Source of the DNA: Oscillospiraceae bacterium
Lineage (GTDB): Bacteria > Bacillota > Clostridia > Oscillospirales > UBA644
Direction: 5' to 3'
Length of the DNA: 64,000 nt
Assembly (NCBI GenBank): GCA_015067305.1
Contig: SVMT01000007.1
Coordinates: 28,770-92,769 of the forward strand
Shown: in pieces, positions 44,413 to 54,875 of the stretch
How the letters are laid out: each line of letters begins with the position of its first letter
Numbering within the stretch: position 1 is the stretch's first letter
Notes under the pieces: generated by a model
Seen by the model: the letters and a program-made list of their open reading frames with translations, nothing else
Database searches by the model: none
What the model was told of the DNA's origin: nothing
Position numbers and translations under genes: made by a program

Positions 44413-46893
44413 TTATCTTTTAAATATAGTCACGATTATAACTATCACGAGGATAACTATAAATACGACAGCTGTAAGGACAACACCGTTTATTATCGCA
44501 TCCCATATATCTATCTCTTCGGTTATCTCACCTGGGTCTGTACCGACGGAAACATTGGGTTCAATGCCGTAATTCTGTATGTTCTGCAATTCCACAGCAG
44601 TGAGTGCGCTGTCGGAAATGTATATCTCGTCAACTGTTCCCTTGAAAAGAGCTCCGCCCTTAACACCGCTTTTACCGACATAGTTATAATTCGGTTTTAT
44701 GCTTGCAGGAGTAATGTTCGTTTCGCCCGAAGCAACTTCAGCGCCGTCAATATAAAGTCTGGCAACACCGTTTTTCAGGGTCACGGAAACTCTTACCCAT
44801 CTGTTGGTCACGTTATGGTCCGCTGTAAGAACGAATTCCTCAACACCGTTGTTCATAACAAATCTCAGACCGTCGGTTCCGTTGCCCATATCGAGATAGA
44901 TAAACGCAGAAGGTGCAGAAACGGAATTTTCTTTACGAGAGAAGTCAAAAAGTCTGTGATTTGTCCCTGAGGTACTTCCCGCCCAGTTATAGGCAATACT
45001 TACCGTCAGTTCTTCCGCATTATCAAGAATTCCCAGAGGATAACGGATATAGGAACTCATACCGTCAAGGGCAAGACCGTAATTTATATTACCCTGCGCA
45101 AGAGAAGCATTTCTTATGAGCGCAAGAACAGAACTGTTGTAGTCTGCACCGATAAGAGCGATATTATCAAATGTAGTGCCAACGAAATCTTTAATAACAG
45201 CAGTTTCGTAAACACCATCTTCAAGCTCGTCCGTAGAGTCGGGACGAAGGTCTATATTGGTTGAAGGATTTTCGGGTTCACTGTTGCCTGTATCTTCGGG
45301 TTTGGGGTCTGCAAGGACTTCCGTCACGAATCTTGAAACACCGTAATGTTCGATCCTTCTGATATCCGCCGCTTCAAGCACACGGGATGCAACATAAACA
45401 TCGTCTATGTAATATCTGCTGTCGTCTGTTTCAACGGAACCTGTCATTATTCTCAGTTCAGTCAGATCAAGATCCGTCAAGAGAACACCCGTTTCAAAGG
45501 TATTCGTCAGGACACCGTTTACGTAAATATTCACAGTACCGTCAGAGCCATAAGTAAATGCGTAATGCACCCATTTGCCATTGACGGAAGACAAAGAAGT
45601 CTTTGTGAGATCGTAAGTTTTTTCAGGTGTTATATCAACATAGAAAGGATCGTTTCCGTAATCTTTCACAGTATCAATGACAACTTTGGAAGCCTTTTCG
45701 CCCGCCGCATCGGTTTTGAAAGGTGAAAAAACAAGAGAGCCTCGTCCTGTGAACTCAAAAAGGTTCATATCGGAAAGCTTATAACTCTCGGATTCCTTGT
45801 CAGTTTCACGGTAAACCTTCATGGCGATAGTAAATTCATCGGAATCAAAGAGAAGCCCCGGATCAAGAGACATATACTGTTCGGGGAAAACAGAAGCTCT
45901 ACGAGTCAAAGCACGTCCGCCACCTTCTTTTGCCTCACCCACAGTAATGAGTGTTGCATCAAAGCTGTCGATATCCGCATCAGCTTGTTTGTTCAGGTCT
46001 TTTGCCGCATTGAATGAACCGTCAAAAGTGTATGCAAGCCAAGTAAAATTTGTTTTCGTCAGACCTGCGGGGAATTCCCAGCCTTCGGGAAGCGCAGGGT
46101 CATCGGGAACTATAGGATCCACAGGATCAACGTCGGGGAAATCGGGGAACGGGAAATCGGGCTCATCACTGTTGACCTTATCCCCTCTGTATTTCATGAA
46201 ATCCCTCAAGGACATGGTTGTCATAAGAGCGACATCACTTTCGGGAAGTGCGGAAGTGGAAATAAACAGATCATCTATATTAAAATTGGTCATATACGAA
46301 AATCTGCCTGTAATACGGGAAAGATCAAGTTCTGTCTTTGTCTCGCCCATTTTCACACCGTTGTAGTAGATCGACAAAGTATCACTACCCCAGAAATTCG
46401 ACTCAAAAGTAAATGCAATATGAGTCCAATCCTCGCTGTTCGCCGTAAAAGACACAGATGCAGAATCAGTACCGTCATACGCCGTAACGGTATGAAGACC
46501 TTCAGGTGCCAATTCAAAGGTGACATAAGGATAGTAGTTACTCTCCGCACCTGCGAAGAAAACTCTTTCATTATAGCTTACAACATGGTCAAGCTTGAGC
46601 CAAAAAGCCACCGTCAGGCTTTGGAGCTGTGAAAACATATTCGCATCAAACTGTAAAAAGGAAGATATTCCGTATCCGCTGTGCCCTTCTTCTGCAGTAA
46701 ACGGGTCGAAGCTGTATTCAACCAACGGATACAAGCCACTCAGATCACATTTAAGGTCGGCGGGGTCATTGAAATCGTATCCCGACTCATATGACGCATT
46801 CGCACTTGAGGGAAATGAGGGCAACAGCCCCACCGCCAGCACTAAAGCGGCGGTGAAGCCTATTATTTTTTTAAACGTTTTCTTTAAATTCAT
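44413..46893 (-). CDS. secreted multi-LamG (concanavalin A-like lectin) domain protein with a C-terminal TM anchor
   Basis: signal peptide; at least three segments with the LamG-type pattern (TV.FW.K........R.F......, W.H.A.T......, .IY.NG, .DD..I....L); C-terminal hydrophobic helix plus KR. Confidence 0.6.
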   Translation of the reverse strand: MNLKKTFKKIIGFTAALVLAVGLLPSFPSSANASYESGYDFNDPADLKCDLSGLYPLVEYSFDPFTAEEGHSGYGISSFLQFDANMFSQLQSLTVAFWLKLDHVVSYNERVFFAGAESNYYPYVTFELAPEGLHTVTAYDGTDSASVSFTANSEDWTHIAFTFESNFWGSDTLSIYYNGVKMGETKTELDLSRITGRFSYMTNFNIDDLFISTSALPESDVALMTTMSLRDFMKYRGDKVNSDEPDFPFPDFPDVDPVDPIVPDDPALPEGWEFPAGLTKTNFTWLAYTFDGSFNAAKDLNKQADADIDSFDATLITVGEAKEGGGRALTRRASVFPEQYMSLDPGLLFDSDEFTIAMKVYRETDKESESYKLSDMNLFEFTGRGSLVFSPFKTDAAGEKASKVVIDTVKDYGNDPFYVDITPEKTYDLTKTSLSSVNGKWVHYAFTYGSDGTVNIYVNGVLTNTFETGVLLTDLDLTELRIMTGSVETDDSRYYIDDVYVASRVLEAADIRRIEHYGVSRFVTEVLADPKPEDTGNSEPENPSTNIDLRPDSTDELEDGVYETAVIKDFVGTTFDNIALIGADYNSSVLALIRNASLAQGNINYGLALDGMSSYIRYPLGILDNAEELTVSIAYNWAGSTSGTNHRLFDFSRKENSVSAPSAFIYLDMGNGTDGLRFVMNNGVEEFVLTADHNVTNRWVRVSVTLKNGVARLYIDGAEVASGETNITPASIKPNYNYVGKSGVKGGALFKGTVDEIYISDSALTAVELQNIQNYGIEPNVSVGTDPGEITEEIDIWDAIINGVVLTAVVFIVILVIVIIVTIFKR

Positions 46894-47002
46894 ACCAAGT
46901 TACCTTTCATCGGTTCAGAAACAGAGTTTTTACCCCTGCGAATTTTTTCGAGGTGCTGAGTCCTCTCTTTCGTTCCGAAAAATATGAAAAACAAACTTCA
47001 GA

Positions 47003-50000
47003 TCAAGGGAAGAGATCGGGAAAATCAAAGATATCGAAGATATCATCACCCGTACCGTCTTCCGGAACGACTTCTTCCGGTGCAACCATTTCAAGGGTAT
47101 AGCCTTCAAGAAGTATCTCATGTTCCGTGTACACATATACAGCCAACTCAAGAAGCTGTTCAGGTGTCAGACCCTCCAGAATGATCTCTTTTGTATCGTA
47201 AACGTGTTTTGCAAGCTCAAGATACTGCTCTATGGTAATGCCTTCCATTACAGTTTCCGTGGTATCGTAAACATGTTTTACGATCTCCATGAACTGTTCT
47301 TCGGAAAGACCTTCCACAAGTTCCTGCTTCTGGTCATAGACCTGAATTGCAACTTCGAGGAACTGTTCGTCAAGTCTCAACTGGGTAAGTTCATCGGGAG
47401 TCATGAGAGGTTCGGGATATATGATATCCGAATCATCTTCAGGTGTGAGTGTAAACTTATACATATACGGACGAGGTGTCTCGCTGGGAGTATGAGTCTG
47501 ACAGATACAGTTTGCGTACTTATTCTTTACTGTCTGAGGCAAACACGGATACTCACCTTCAGGTATCATATAAGTGTAAGCGGGAAGTATTGAGCTGTTA
47601 TAAAGTATCTGGTCATTACTGAGTGGCGGACAAACATATTCCGCATCACGGATCCTGATATAAGCATTTTCATAGCTTCTGTCTATATCAATAAATGTCT
47701 GCAAATAAACATTGGGACAGTTATCATGAGCTATCTGACCGGATTCGGAGCAAACGTACAGCTGATGATGAACGTCACAAGTTTCCGTAGGCTGAGTACC
47801 ACTCTTGAAAAGACCTGTTTTTACTCTTGAGCCGCGAGGATCAGTACTGCAGTAAGGACCCGGGGCTTTGCCGCTGACATTACAGTATGTGGCTTTAACA
47901 ATACCGTCGGGCTGAATGAACTGACCCTCAGTAATGCCTTTAACTGCATGTATCTGCTGCATTACATCATGCCACATCTTGACATGATGAGTGTTTTCGT
48001 TGGACTGCGGTATATCGTAACCCCACCAGATACCTGCCAGATAATAGGGCGTATATCCGATGAACCAACGGTCCTGGAAGTTGGATGTTGTACCTGATTT
48101 ACCTGCCGTTGCGATCGGATCAAGGTTTGCCACGTCACTTGAAGATCCGTTTGACACGGCTTTCATCAGAATATCCGTCATGATATAAGATGTCTGCGGA
48201 GTGAATACGATAGCTCTGTCAACGTCGTTTTCAAGAACCACCTTACCGTCAAATGTCTCTATTCTTGTAACACATCTGGGAGTTGAATAACTGCCCTGGT
48301 TTGCGTATACTGTATACGCCGCAGTAAGTTCCTGGAGAGTTACACCGTAAGTCAACGAACCGACGGAAAGAGGTGCAAGGTCCATATCCTGCTTAACAAG
48401 AGATTCAAGACGCATCATATTTTTTGCAAAATTATAGCTTTCCTCAACGCCTATCATCTGCAGAACTTTTACCGCAGGCGTGTTGTAGGAGTTATAAAGC
48501 GCATTTTTCGCATCGAGGATACCGTTGTATTTTCTGTCGTAGTTCACGGGCCAAGAAACATAAGAAGTATACTTCAATCCCTCAAGCTCGTAATCCTCTT
48601 TGGGAACTTTGTTTTCCTTTGTTTCCACATAAAGCGGAGAGTCATCTATTGCCGTAGCGGCAGTTATGATATTGTTTTCAATGGCATAGCCGTAAATTGA
48701 AATGGGTTTGATCGCAGAGCCCGGTGGTCTCGTTGTCTGGGTTACACGGTTCAGGAGCAATGAAGCTGTCTTCTTTCCTCGTCCGCCGATAATACCTAAA
48801 ATATTACCTGTTTTGGGGTCAAGGACTTCCATAGCAACTTCCGCTTTGATCTCAGAATCCTTGTCGATGTAATTATTTTCATCGGCAAAATAAGTGTCCA
48901 TTATTTCCTGAACATCTGGGTCAATGGTCGTATATATTCTCAGACCTGCAGTATAGATATAATTGATAGCCGCACTTCTTGTATAACCCTTCTGTTCCAT
49001 GAGCTCGTTTACTGTCCACTCAAAAACAAGGTCAGTAAAATAAGATCTTACGGAACTGCCCGATGAAGTCGAGCCTGAGGCATTTCTGTCTCTGAGAATA
49101 AGAGGTTCATTTATCGCTGCATTGTATTCTTCTTCAGATATATATTCCTGGTCCCATGCATTCCAGAGAGCAATAACACGTCTTTTATAGTTTGCATCAG
49201 GCTGAGAATATGGGTCAAAATAACTGGGGTTATTGGTAATAGAAAGAATAGCCGCACATTCGTTCATGGTCAGCTCGGAAACTTCTTTGTCGAAATAATA
49301 TTTCGCCGCAGTATACATACCATCGCAACCGTTGCCGAAATGGGCAATATTCAGATAATATTCAAGGATCTGATCCTTGTCGTATTTACGTTCAATATAA
49401 AACGCTCTCAGGATCTCCTTAAACTTACGAATGATGCCTTCCCAACCTTTTGTTTCGTCATCCTTGGTAATATTTTTAATTACCTGCTGTGTAAGTGTGG
49501 AACCGCCACCACCTGAGCCTACGCCATCATTACCTTTCAATCTGTTGATAGCATACTGAATAGTAGCAGATGCGGTTCTTATGGGGTCGAAACCTTTATG
49601 CTGATAGAAACGCTTGTCTTCAACAGCGACTGTGATATCAAGCAAATGTTGGGGCATATCGTTTATCGAAAGCCATACACGGTTTTCGGAGCTGTGAAGC
49701 TCTTCATATACCACAAGCTCGCCCTCGGAATTATACGCAAGTATCTGTGATGTTGCGGCAATTTCAAGGTTCGCCAGCTGTGCGTCAAGTTCGGGGTCAG
49801 TAAAGGAATACAAAAGGGTTACCCCTGCGCCAAGACAGATAACGCCAATCATTCCGAATGTCAGTATCCAGAAGAATATGAACGCCCAGAGTCCACCCAG
49901 AAAACGTACAAACCACGGTCTCTTTTTTCTGTATTTGCCCGGGTTACGCTCCCAAAGAGGTTTTGCTGAAGCCGCTGACCGCACAACCACTTCCGGTTCA

Positions 50001-50449
50001 GGCCCTTTTTCTTTTTTATTTTCCTGGAGTTCTTCGGGTTCTTCCTCAGATGTTTCAGCCACAGGCATGATAACAGCAGTTTCGTCGCTGTAATGCTCTT
50101 CCTCTGGAGCCGGCTCCTCTGAAGTGACCACTTCTTCGGGAACAGGATCATCAGCGATAGGGGTTTCCGGTGATTCTTCTTTCGGTTCCTTCAATGCAGG
50201 TTCGTCAAACTTATAAGAACCGCTGTCGAAACCGTATCTGTTTTCTTCAGCATTGACCTCCGCAGGATCAACTTCACTGTTTTCCTTTGCCGTTTCAGCC
50301 ATATAAGCTGAAGCTCTCCTGCGCTGTTCTTCTGTATTTACATTTTTCCGTTTTTTCTTTTTCTTAGTATTGCGTCCGTTGATATAGGTAAAAAAGCTGT
50401 CCAACCAATCGAGATTGCTTTTTTTCGTGTGCTTGTTAGTCCTTCTCAA
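47003..50449 (-). CDS. class A penicillin-binding protein (PBP1A type: GT51 transglycosylase + transpeptidase) with long N- and C-terminal extensions
   Basis: GT51 motifs (EDKRFY.H.G.D, GGSTLTQQ, RK..E), transpeptidase SxxK-type region (PGSAIKP) and KSGTT; TTG start 7 nt after GGAGG. Confidence 0.9.
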   Translation of the reverse strand: MRRTNKHTKKSNLDWLDSFFTYINGRNTKKKKKRKNVNTEEQRRRASAYMAETAKENSEVDPAEVNAEENRYGFDSGSYKFDEPALKEPKEESPETPIADDPVPEEVVTSEEPAPEEEHYSDETAVIMPVAETSEEEPEELQENKKEKGPEPEVVVRSAASAKPLWERNPGKYRKKRPWFVRFLGGLWAFIFFWILTFGMIGVICLGAGVTLLYSFTDPELDAQLANLEIAATSQILAYNSEGELVVYEELHSSENRVWLSINDMPQHLLDITVAVEDKRFYQHKGFDPIRTASATIQYAINRLKGNDGVGSGGGGSTLTQQVIKNITKDDETKGWEGIIRKFKEILRAFYIERKYDKDQILEYYLNIAHFGNGCDGMYTAAKYYFDKEVSELTMNECAAILSITNNPSYFDPYSQPDANYKRRVIALWNAWDQEYISEEEYNAAINEPLILRDRNASGSTSSGSSVRSYFTDLVFEWTVNELMEQKGYTRSAAINYIYTAGLRIYTTIDPDVQEIMDTYFADENNYIDKDSEIKAEVAMEVLDPKTGNILGIIGGRGKKTASLLLNRVTQTTRPPGSAIKPISIYGYAIENNIITAATAIDDSPLYVETKENKVPKEDYELEGLKYTSYVSWPVNYDRKYNGILDAKNALYNSYNTPAVKVLQMIGVEESYNFAKNMMRLESLVKQDMDLAPLSVGSLTYGVTLQELTAAYTVYANQGSYSTPRCVTRIETFDGKVVLENDVDRAIVFTPQTSYIMTDILMKAVSNGSSSDVANLDPIATAGKSGTTSNFQDRWFIGYTPYYLAGIWWGYDIPQSNENTHHVKMWHDVMQQIHAVKGITEGQFIQPDGIVKATYCNVSGKAPGPYCSTDPRGSRVKTGLFKSGTQPTETCDVHHQLYVCSESGQIAHDNCPNVYLQTFIDIDRSYENAYIRIRDAEYVCPPLSNDQILYNSSILPAYTYMIPEGEYPCLPQTVKNKYANCICQTHTPSETPRPYMYKFTLTPEDDSDIIYPEPLMTPDELTQLRLDEQFLEVAIQVYDQKQELVEGLSEEQFMEIVKHVYDTTETVMEGITIEQYLELAKHVYDTKEIILEGLTPEQLLELAVYVYTEHEILLEGYTLEMVAPEEVVPEDGTGDDIFDIFDFPDLFP

Positions 50450-50516
50450 GTTTCCGCCTCCGGTTATAATAATTAAAAATGGCTTTAGAATCTATCTATT
50501 CCATTGTACCATATCT

Positions 50517-50545
50517 ATTATACTCTATTTTTTGTGATTTTTCAA
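50517..50545 (-). promoter_or_regulatory. PBP1A promoter (TTGAAA-17-TATAAT)
   Basis: minus-strand TTGAAAaatcacaaaaaatagagTATAAT. Confidence 0.55.
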
Positions 50546-50735
50546 GTCTTTTTTGTAAATATAATAAAAGTCACAGTATTTCCGCATTTTAACGTTACTT
50601 TTTCCATATATTAGCGGTAATTAAAGCCGTTTAGACATTTTTTTCATTAAAAATCTTCTAATAATCAGAAACTCCCCTGCCGAAGCAGAGGAATTTCATT
50701 ATTGTGAATTATTTGAGATCACAAGGGGGATCAAT

Positions 50736-53700
50736 TTATCTCAAAATTTTCTTGGAAGCAAGTACACCTGCTGCTGCGAGAGCCGCCATAACTGCCATGA
50801 TTCCGTAAACGTAAGAAACGTCGGATGTGTTGGGAGGTGTGGGGTCGTCAGGCTGCTGAGGAACGAAGGGTTCTTCATCTTCCTTATCATCGGGTTCGTC
50901 GGGAACTACCGGTGTGTCAGGTTCAGAAGGTTCTTCGGGTTCAACAGGTACTTCAGGTTCAACGGGGATCACGGGAACTACGGGAATTACTTCATATTCG
51001 TAATAGATATTGATAATGCCGATAGTACCGATCTGGAGAGTGATCTCTGTTGCAGGTTTAACATCAACTAGAGTGTATGTGGGATCATCAAGGTAGAAAT
51101 CTTCTGCTTTGATAACATCGCCGTCATTACCTTCGCCGTGAACTGTCATGGAGTCATCAAGGACACCGTTGAAGAAATACTGAACAAAGTAATCGGGAGT
51201 GGGATCATAAGTATTATCTGTGTAGAGAACTACGATAAGATTATTGTTTTTGGAAACCACGATGGATTTATTCTGACCGGGGATCTCTGTGTAACCGGGG
51301 AATACTCTGGTTCTTGCAGTTACAGTCTCACCGACATCGGCAACTTCAACATAATAATCAAGTGTTCTGTATCTGTAATGATCGTCATCGGGATTACCTG
51401 TGTCGTATGCAGGGTTGTATACTTTGTATTCAACTCTGAATTCGCTTTCAGTTACCTCTTTTTCGTAGTAGAAAATGATAACATTCTGATCTTCGTCTTC
51501 AACGAGAACGATAGTCTTTGTTTCTTTTTCATCTGCGAATTCGTATCCGGGGACATCGGGCTGTTCTTCAACAACTGTTTCGCCGATCTTGCCGCCCTTT
51601 TCGTCTCTGTCTACCTCTTCGCCTGTATCTTTATCAACATAAACAATAGTATATGTTGTTGTCAATTTCTTAGCTGTGGAATAGAAATTAACATTGGAAC
51701 CTGGCATTACAAATTCTTTGCCGGAGTTCTTGTATTCGAGAGAATCGAGATCTGCAACCCAAGCGGAATATTCGTAATTACCTTTTGAATCAACAGGAAC
51801 ATGGATCAGAGTTACGATATCGTCTTTATGCTGATCATAAGGACCGCTGAAATGTTCTGTCTTGCCGTCTTTGATGATGTAATAGTTTACAACATAATCA
51901 TTCTTAGCTTCATGTGCGTAAACATTTACATCTTTCGCAGGCATATTGAATACATGGTCATGAGCTTCTGTGCATGCCTCTGTTGTATACCAACCTGTGT
52001 ATACAGCAAAGTGATCAGCCTTGGGAATGGGCAGAAGTTCTACTTCATGTCCGTATTCATATGTTACAGTTTTGCCGTACTGAGTTACGGTACCGTTTTC
52101 AGAAACGACCCAGTAATTGAGTTTGTATACGGAATTCTTTGTTACTGCGCAAAGCTTAACATCGGAAGCGGGCATTGTGAATGTGCCTGAACCTGCTTTT
52201 ACAGCCGCTATGGGAACAGATTCTGCATTGGGATCAACAAGGTTGAATGTCCAGGAATCGCCAACGATCTCACGACCTTCAGCAATAGCGTATTTACCGA
52301 ATGCGTCTGCTGTTACTTTATCGCCGTATTTGAATGTGATCTTATCACTTACGGGTTTGTCATCAATGAAGTACTGAACTGTAAATTCAGCCTTATCTGT
52401 TGTTGCGTAGTAATCAAGGTCACTTTCGATAGCTGTGGGGAATACTGCCGTGTTGCCGTTCTTGTCGAACCAACCGGATACAGTGTAACCTGTTACTGTG
52501 GGAAGTTCTGCTGCAACTACAGCTTCACCGTGTTCATAAGAATCTCTTACGTCATTGAGCTGTTCAGGTGTAAGACGTACGCCGTCGAGGTAATATCTTA
52601 TGTTATAGAGTTTAATGTCAGACCAAGCGTACAGATATACGTTCTTAGCGGGCATTTTGAACTTGCTGTTTTCAGCATAATCGGGAGTTCCGAAGTTACC
52701 TACACCGGGGTCTTCACTGGATACATACCAACCTTCGATAGTATGGCTGTCCCAAACGGGTTTTGCTGCAACAGTTACGGTTGAACCGTATTCGTATGTC
52801 TTTGTGCTTAACAATTTACCGTCAAGGTGATAGAACACTTTATAATCGTTCTTATCGAGACCTGCGTAGAATGTAAGGTTTGTAGTTACATGGTGAGGAA
52901 TATTTGCGGGTGTTGCGAGTGCTGGATCGCTGTACCAACCGTGTGCGGAATAACCTTCGGGAACTTCAGCATGATTTTCTCTTGTGGGAAGGTGTCTTTC
53001 CGTAATGGGCTGATTGTATACGTACTTATCTGTGTGGAGGATCGTAGAATTTCCGCCATTTACAAGAACCCAAGTTACTGTATATTCAACATTACCGTTG
53101 GATTCTACATAAAGACTGAGGTTTGTTTTGGGCATCTGGAATGTGCTTGCAGGTGTGAACACGAGAGCATTTCCGTTGCCGTCTACTGCGGCTGCGTTGT
53201 CACAACCCCAAGCAGTAGCTGTAATTTCCTTACCTGCGGGAGGTGTGGGGAAATTCTTAACAGTAACCTGTGTACCGTATTCATAAGTTTCAACATTGCC
53301 GATCTGATCGCCGTTGAAGTAATATGTTACAGTGTAGGAATTAGCATCATAGAAACCATAATATACAAGATCTTTCGCAGGCATAAGTTCAGGAACAGTT
53401 GCCTTTGTTGCGGAAGTATTATTTGTGTTTGTTTCATACCAGTAGTACGCTGTGTAACCTGTCACAGCATCGGGAGTTACGGAAGGAATAGGCGCACCGA
53501 AAGCATAAGTATTTTCGGAGATCTTTGTGGGAGAAGAAGCACCCGGTTCAGTTACATAATAAGTAACCTTATAGTCCTGTCTGTCGTAATAGATATCAAG
53601 AACCATGTTGTTATCGGAGGTGACAACATCGGAGACTTCTGTCTTCTCTGTATTCAGAACATAACCTTCGGGAGCTGTATATTCATCGAGGTGTGCTGAG

Positions 53701-54848
53701 GAATATATTACCTGACCTGCAGGAGCAATATAATCAATGTCTCTTACTGTAGTATACGTACCGTCAAGATTTTCAAGATGGTATTCAACAGTATAAGCAT
53801 ATACGGGAACTTTTTCCCACTGAGCTGTGAGTTTAGCATGGAGATGCATGCTTACAGTATCGGTTATTGCATTGATTGTACCGTCAGTATTATATGTAGC
53901 TTCGATCAAAGAAGCAGCACCGTTTATACCGGAAAGAGTTACATCTGTAGCAGAAGCGTTTGCATTTGTATAATACTGAAGCTGCCAACCTGTAAACTTA
54001 TAACCTGCCGCGGCAGCAGCTTTGAAAAGATCGGGGTTGATTGCAAGAACTTCAGCTTTAGGAACATCCTCTATACCCTGTGTATAAGAATAAGCATAAG
54101 CATCCTGATTCAATCTTGCAGCACCTGTAAGATTACCTGATGTAGCAGTACCTGTGTAAGAGAAAAGACCTGTATTGCCTGCATCGTATTTAATGTACGC
54201 AGGGCTGGGGCATTTTGCGAGGTAAACAGTCACATGGATTGATTTACCGCCCTGAGCACCGTCATGGAATACAGCTTCATTAAGAGACGCGTCAGACTGT
54301 GCTTCAGCGAACTGTTCAGCAGTAATTACATAGTCTGCGGATTCAAAAGATGAGTTACCAAAACTGATAAGATTACCTTCAGCTCTTGTATTACAGCCTT
54401 CGCCATGATAATGGTCACATGTAAGAACTACAGTTTCAACATAATAACCTGGTGGAGGTGTAACAACAAGACCGTTTTCGGAAAGATATTCACCATTTTT
54501 GGAAGAGCTTACATTATGATTAGAAACGTAAAAACTGGAAAAACCTGAACCTACCCAAGTACCATCTTCGTCATGTTCGGAAGTACATAAGTCGATCTCT
54601 GTCCTATTGCTATCGCCGAATGTGGCTTTGGCGCCATTAGCGGTAGTTAAAACATTATCATTTTCATCGTAGAAACGAACAACAACTGTTTGTTCTTCCC
54701 ACGAATTAGTGCTACCCCAACCCGAGCCAGGTGGATAAAACCCACCCCATGAAGCATGAGTTGTGAGCATTGTAGCGGAGGCAGTAATAAGAAGTGTTAA
54801 TACTACCACTAACGCTAATAAATTTTTGTAAACAAAAGTTTTTTTCAT
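50736..54848 (-). CDS. large cell-surface repeat protein (Flg_new/Listeria-Bacteroides-type repeats plus MucBP-like modules, Pro-rich stalk, C-terminal anchor)
   Basis: signal peptide; about 8-10 modules of pattern Y.V.Y..DG.......YEYG..V.....P...G.T..GW; MucBP-like YTIVYVDKDTGEE...; stalk PVIPVEPEVPVEPEEPSEPDTPVVPDEP; terminal TM + KKILR. Confidence 0.7.
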   Translation of the reverse strand: MKKTFVYKNLLALVVVLTLLITASATMLTTHASWGGFYPPGSGWGSTNSWEEQTVVVRFYDENDNVLTTANGAKATFGDSNRTEIDLCTSEHDEDGTWVGSGFSSFYVSNHNVSSSKNGEYLSENGLVVTPPPGYYVETVVLTCDHYHGEGCNTRAEGNLISFGNSSFESADYVITAEQFAEAQSDASLNEAVFHDGAQGGKSIHVTVYLAKCPSPAYIKYDAGNTGLFSYTGTATSGNLTGAARLNQDAYAYSYTQGIEDVPKAEVLAINPDLFKAAAAAGYKFTGWQLQYYTNANASATDVTLSGINGAASLIEATYNTDGTINAITDTVSMHLHAKLTAQWEKVPVYAYTVEYHLENLDGTYTTVRDIDYIAPAGQVIYSSAHLDEYTAPEGYVLNTEKTEVSDVVTSDNNMVLDIYYDRQDYKVTYYVTEPGASSPTKISENTYAFGAPIPSVTPDAVTGYTAYYWYETNTNNTSATKATVPELMPAKDLVYYGFYDANSYTVTYYFNGDQIGNVETYEYGTQVTVKNFPTPPAGKEITATAWGCDNAAAVDGNGNALVFTPASTFQMPKTNLSLYVESNGNVEYTVTWVLVNGGNSTILHTDKYVYNQPITERHLPTRENHAEVPEGYSAHGWYSDPALATPANIPHHVTTNLTFYAGLDKNDYKVFYHLDGKLLSTKTYEYGSTVTVAAKPVWDSHTIEGWYVSSEDPGVGNFGTPDYAENSKFKMPAKNVYLYAWSDIKLYNIRYYLDGVRLTPEQLNDVRDSYEHGEAVVAAELPTVTGYTVSGWFDKNGNTAVFPTAIESDLDYYATTDKAEFTVQYFIDDKPVSDKITFKYGDKVTADAFGKYAIAEGREIVGDSWTFNLVDPNAESVPIAAVKAGSGTFTMPASDVKLCAVTKNSVYKLNYWVVSENGTVTQYGKTVTYEYGHEVELLPIPKADHFAVYTGWYTTEACTEAHDHVFNMPAKDVNVYAHEAKNDYVVNYYIIKDGKTEHFSGPYDQHKDDIVTLIHVPVDSKGNYEYSAWVADLDSLEYKNSGKEFVMPGSNVNFYSTAKKLTTTYTIVYVDKDTGEEVDRDEKGGKIGETVVEEQPDVPGYEFADEKETKTIVLVEDEDQNVIIFYYEKEVTESEFRVEYKVYNPAYDTGNPDDDHYRYRTLDYYVEVADVGETVTARTRVFPGYTEIPGQNKSIVVSKNNNLIVVLYTDNTYDPTPDYFVQYFFNGVLDDSMTVHGEGNDGDVIKAEDFYLDDPTYTLVDVKPATEITLQIGTIGIINIYYEYEVIPVVPVIPVEPEVPVEPEEPSEPDTPVVPDEPDDKEDEEPFVPQQPDDPTPPNTSDVSYVYGIMAVMAALAAAGVLASKKILR

Positions 54849-54875
54849 TTGTTTATCCCCCTTTTAATATAGTAA

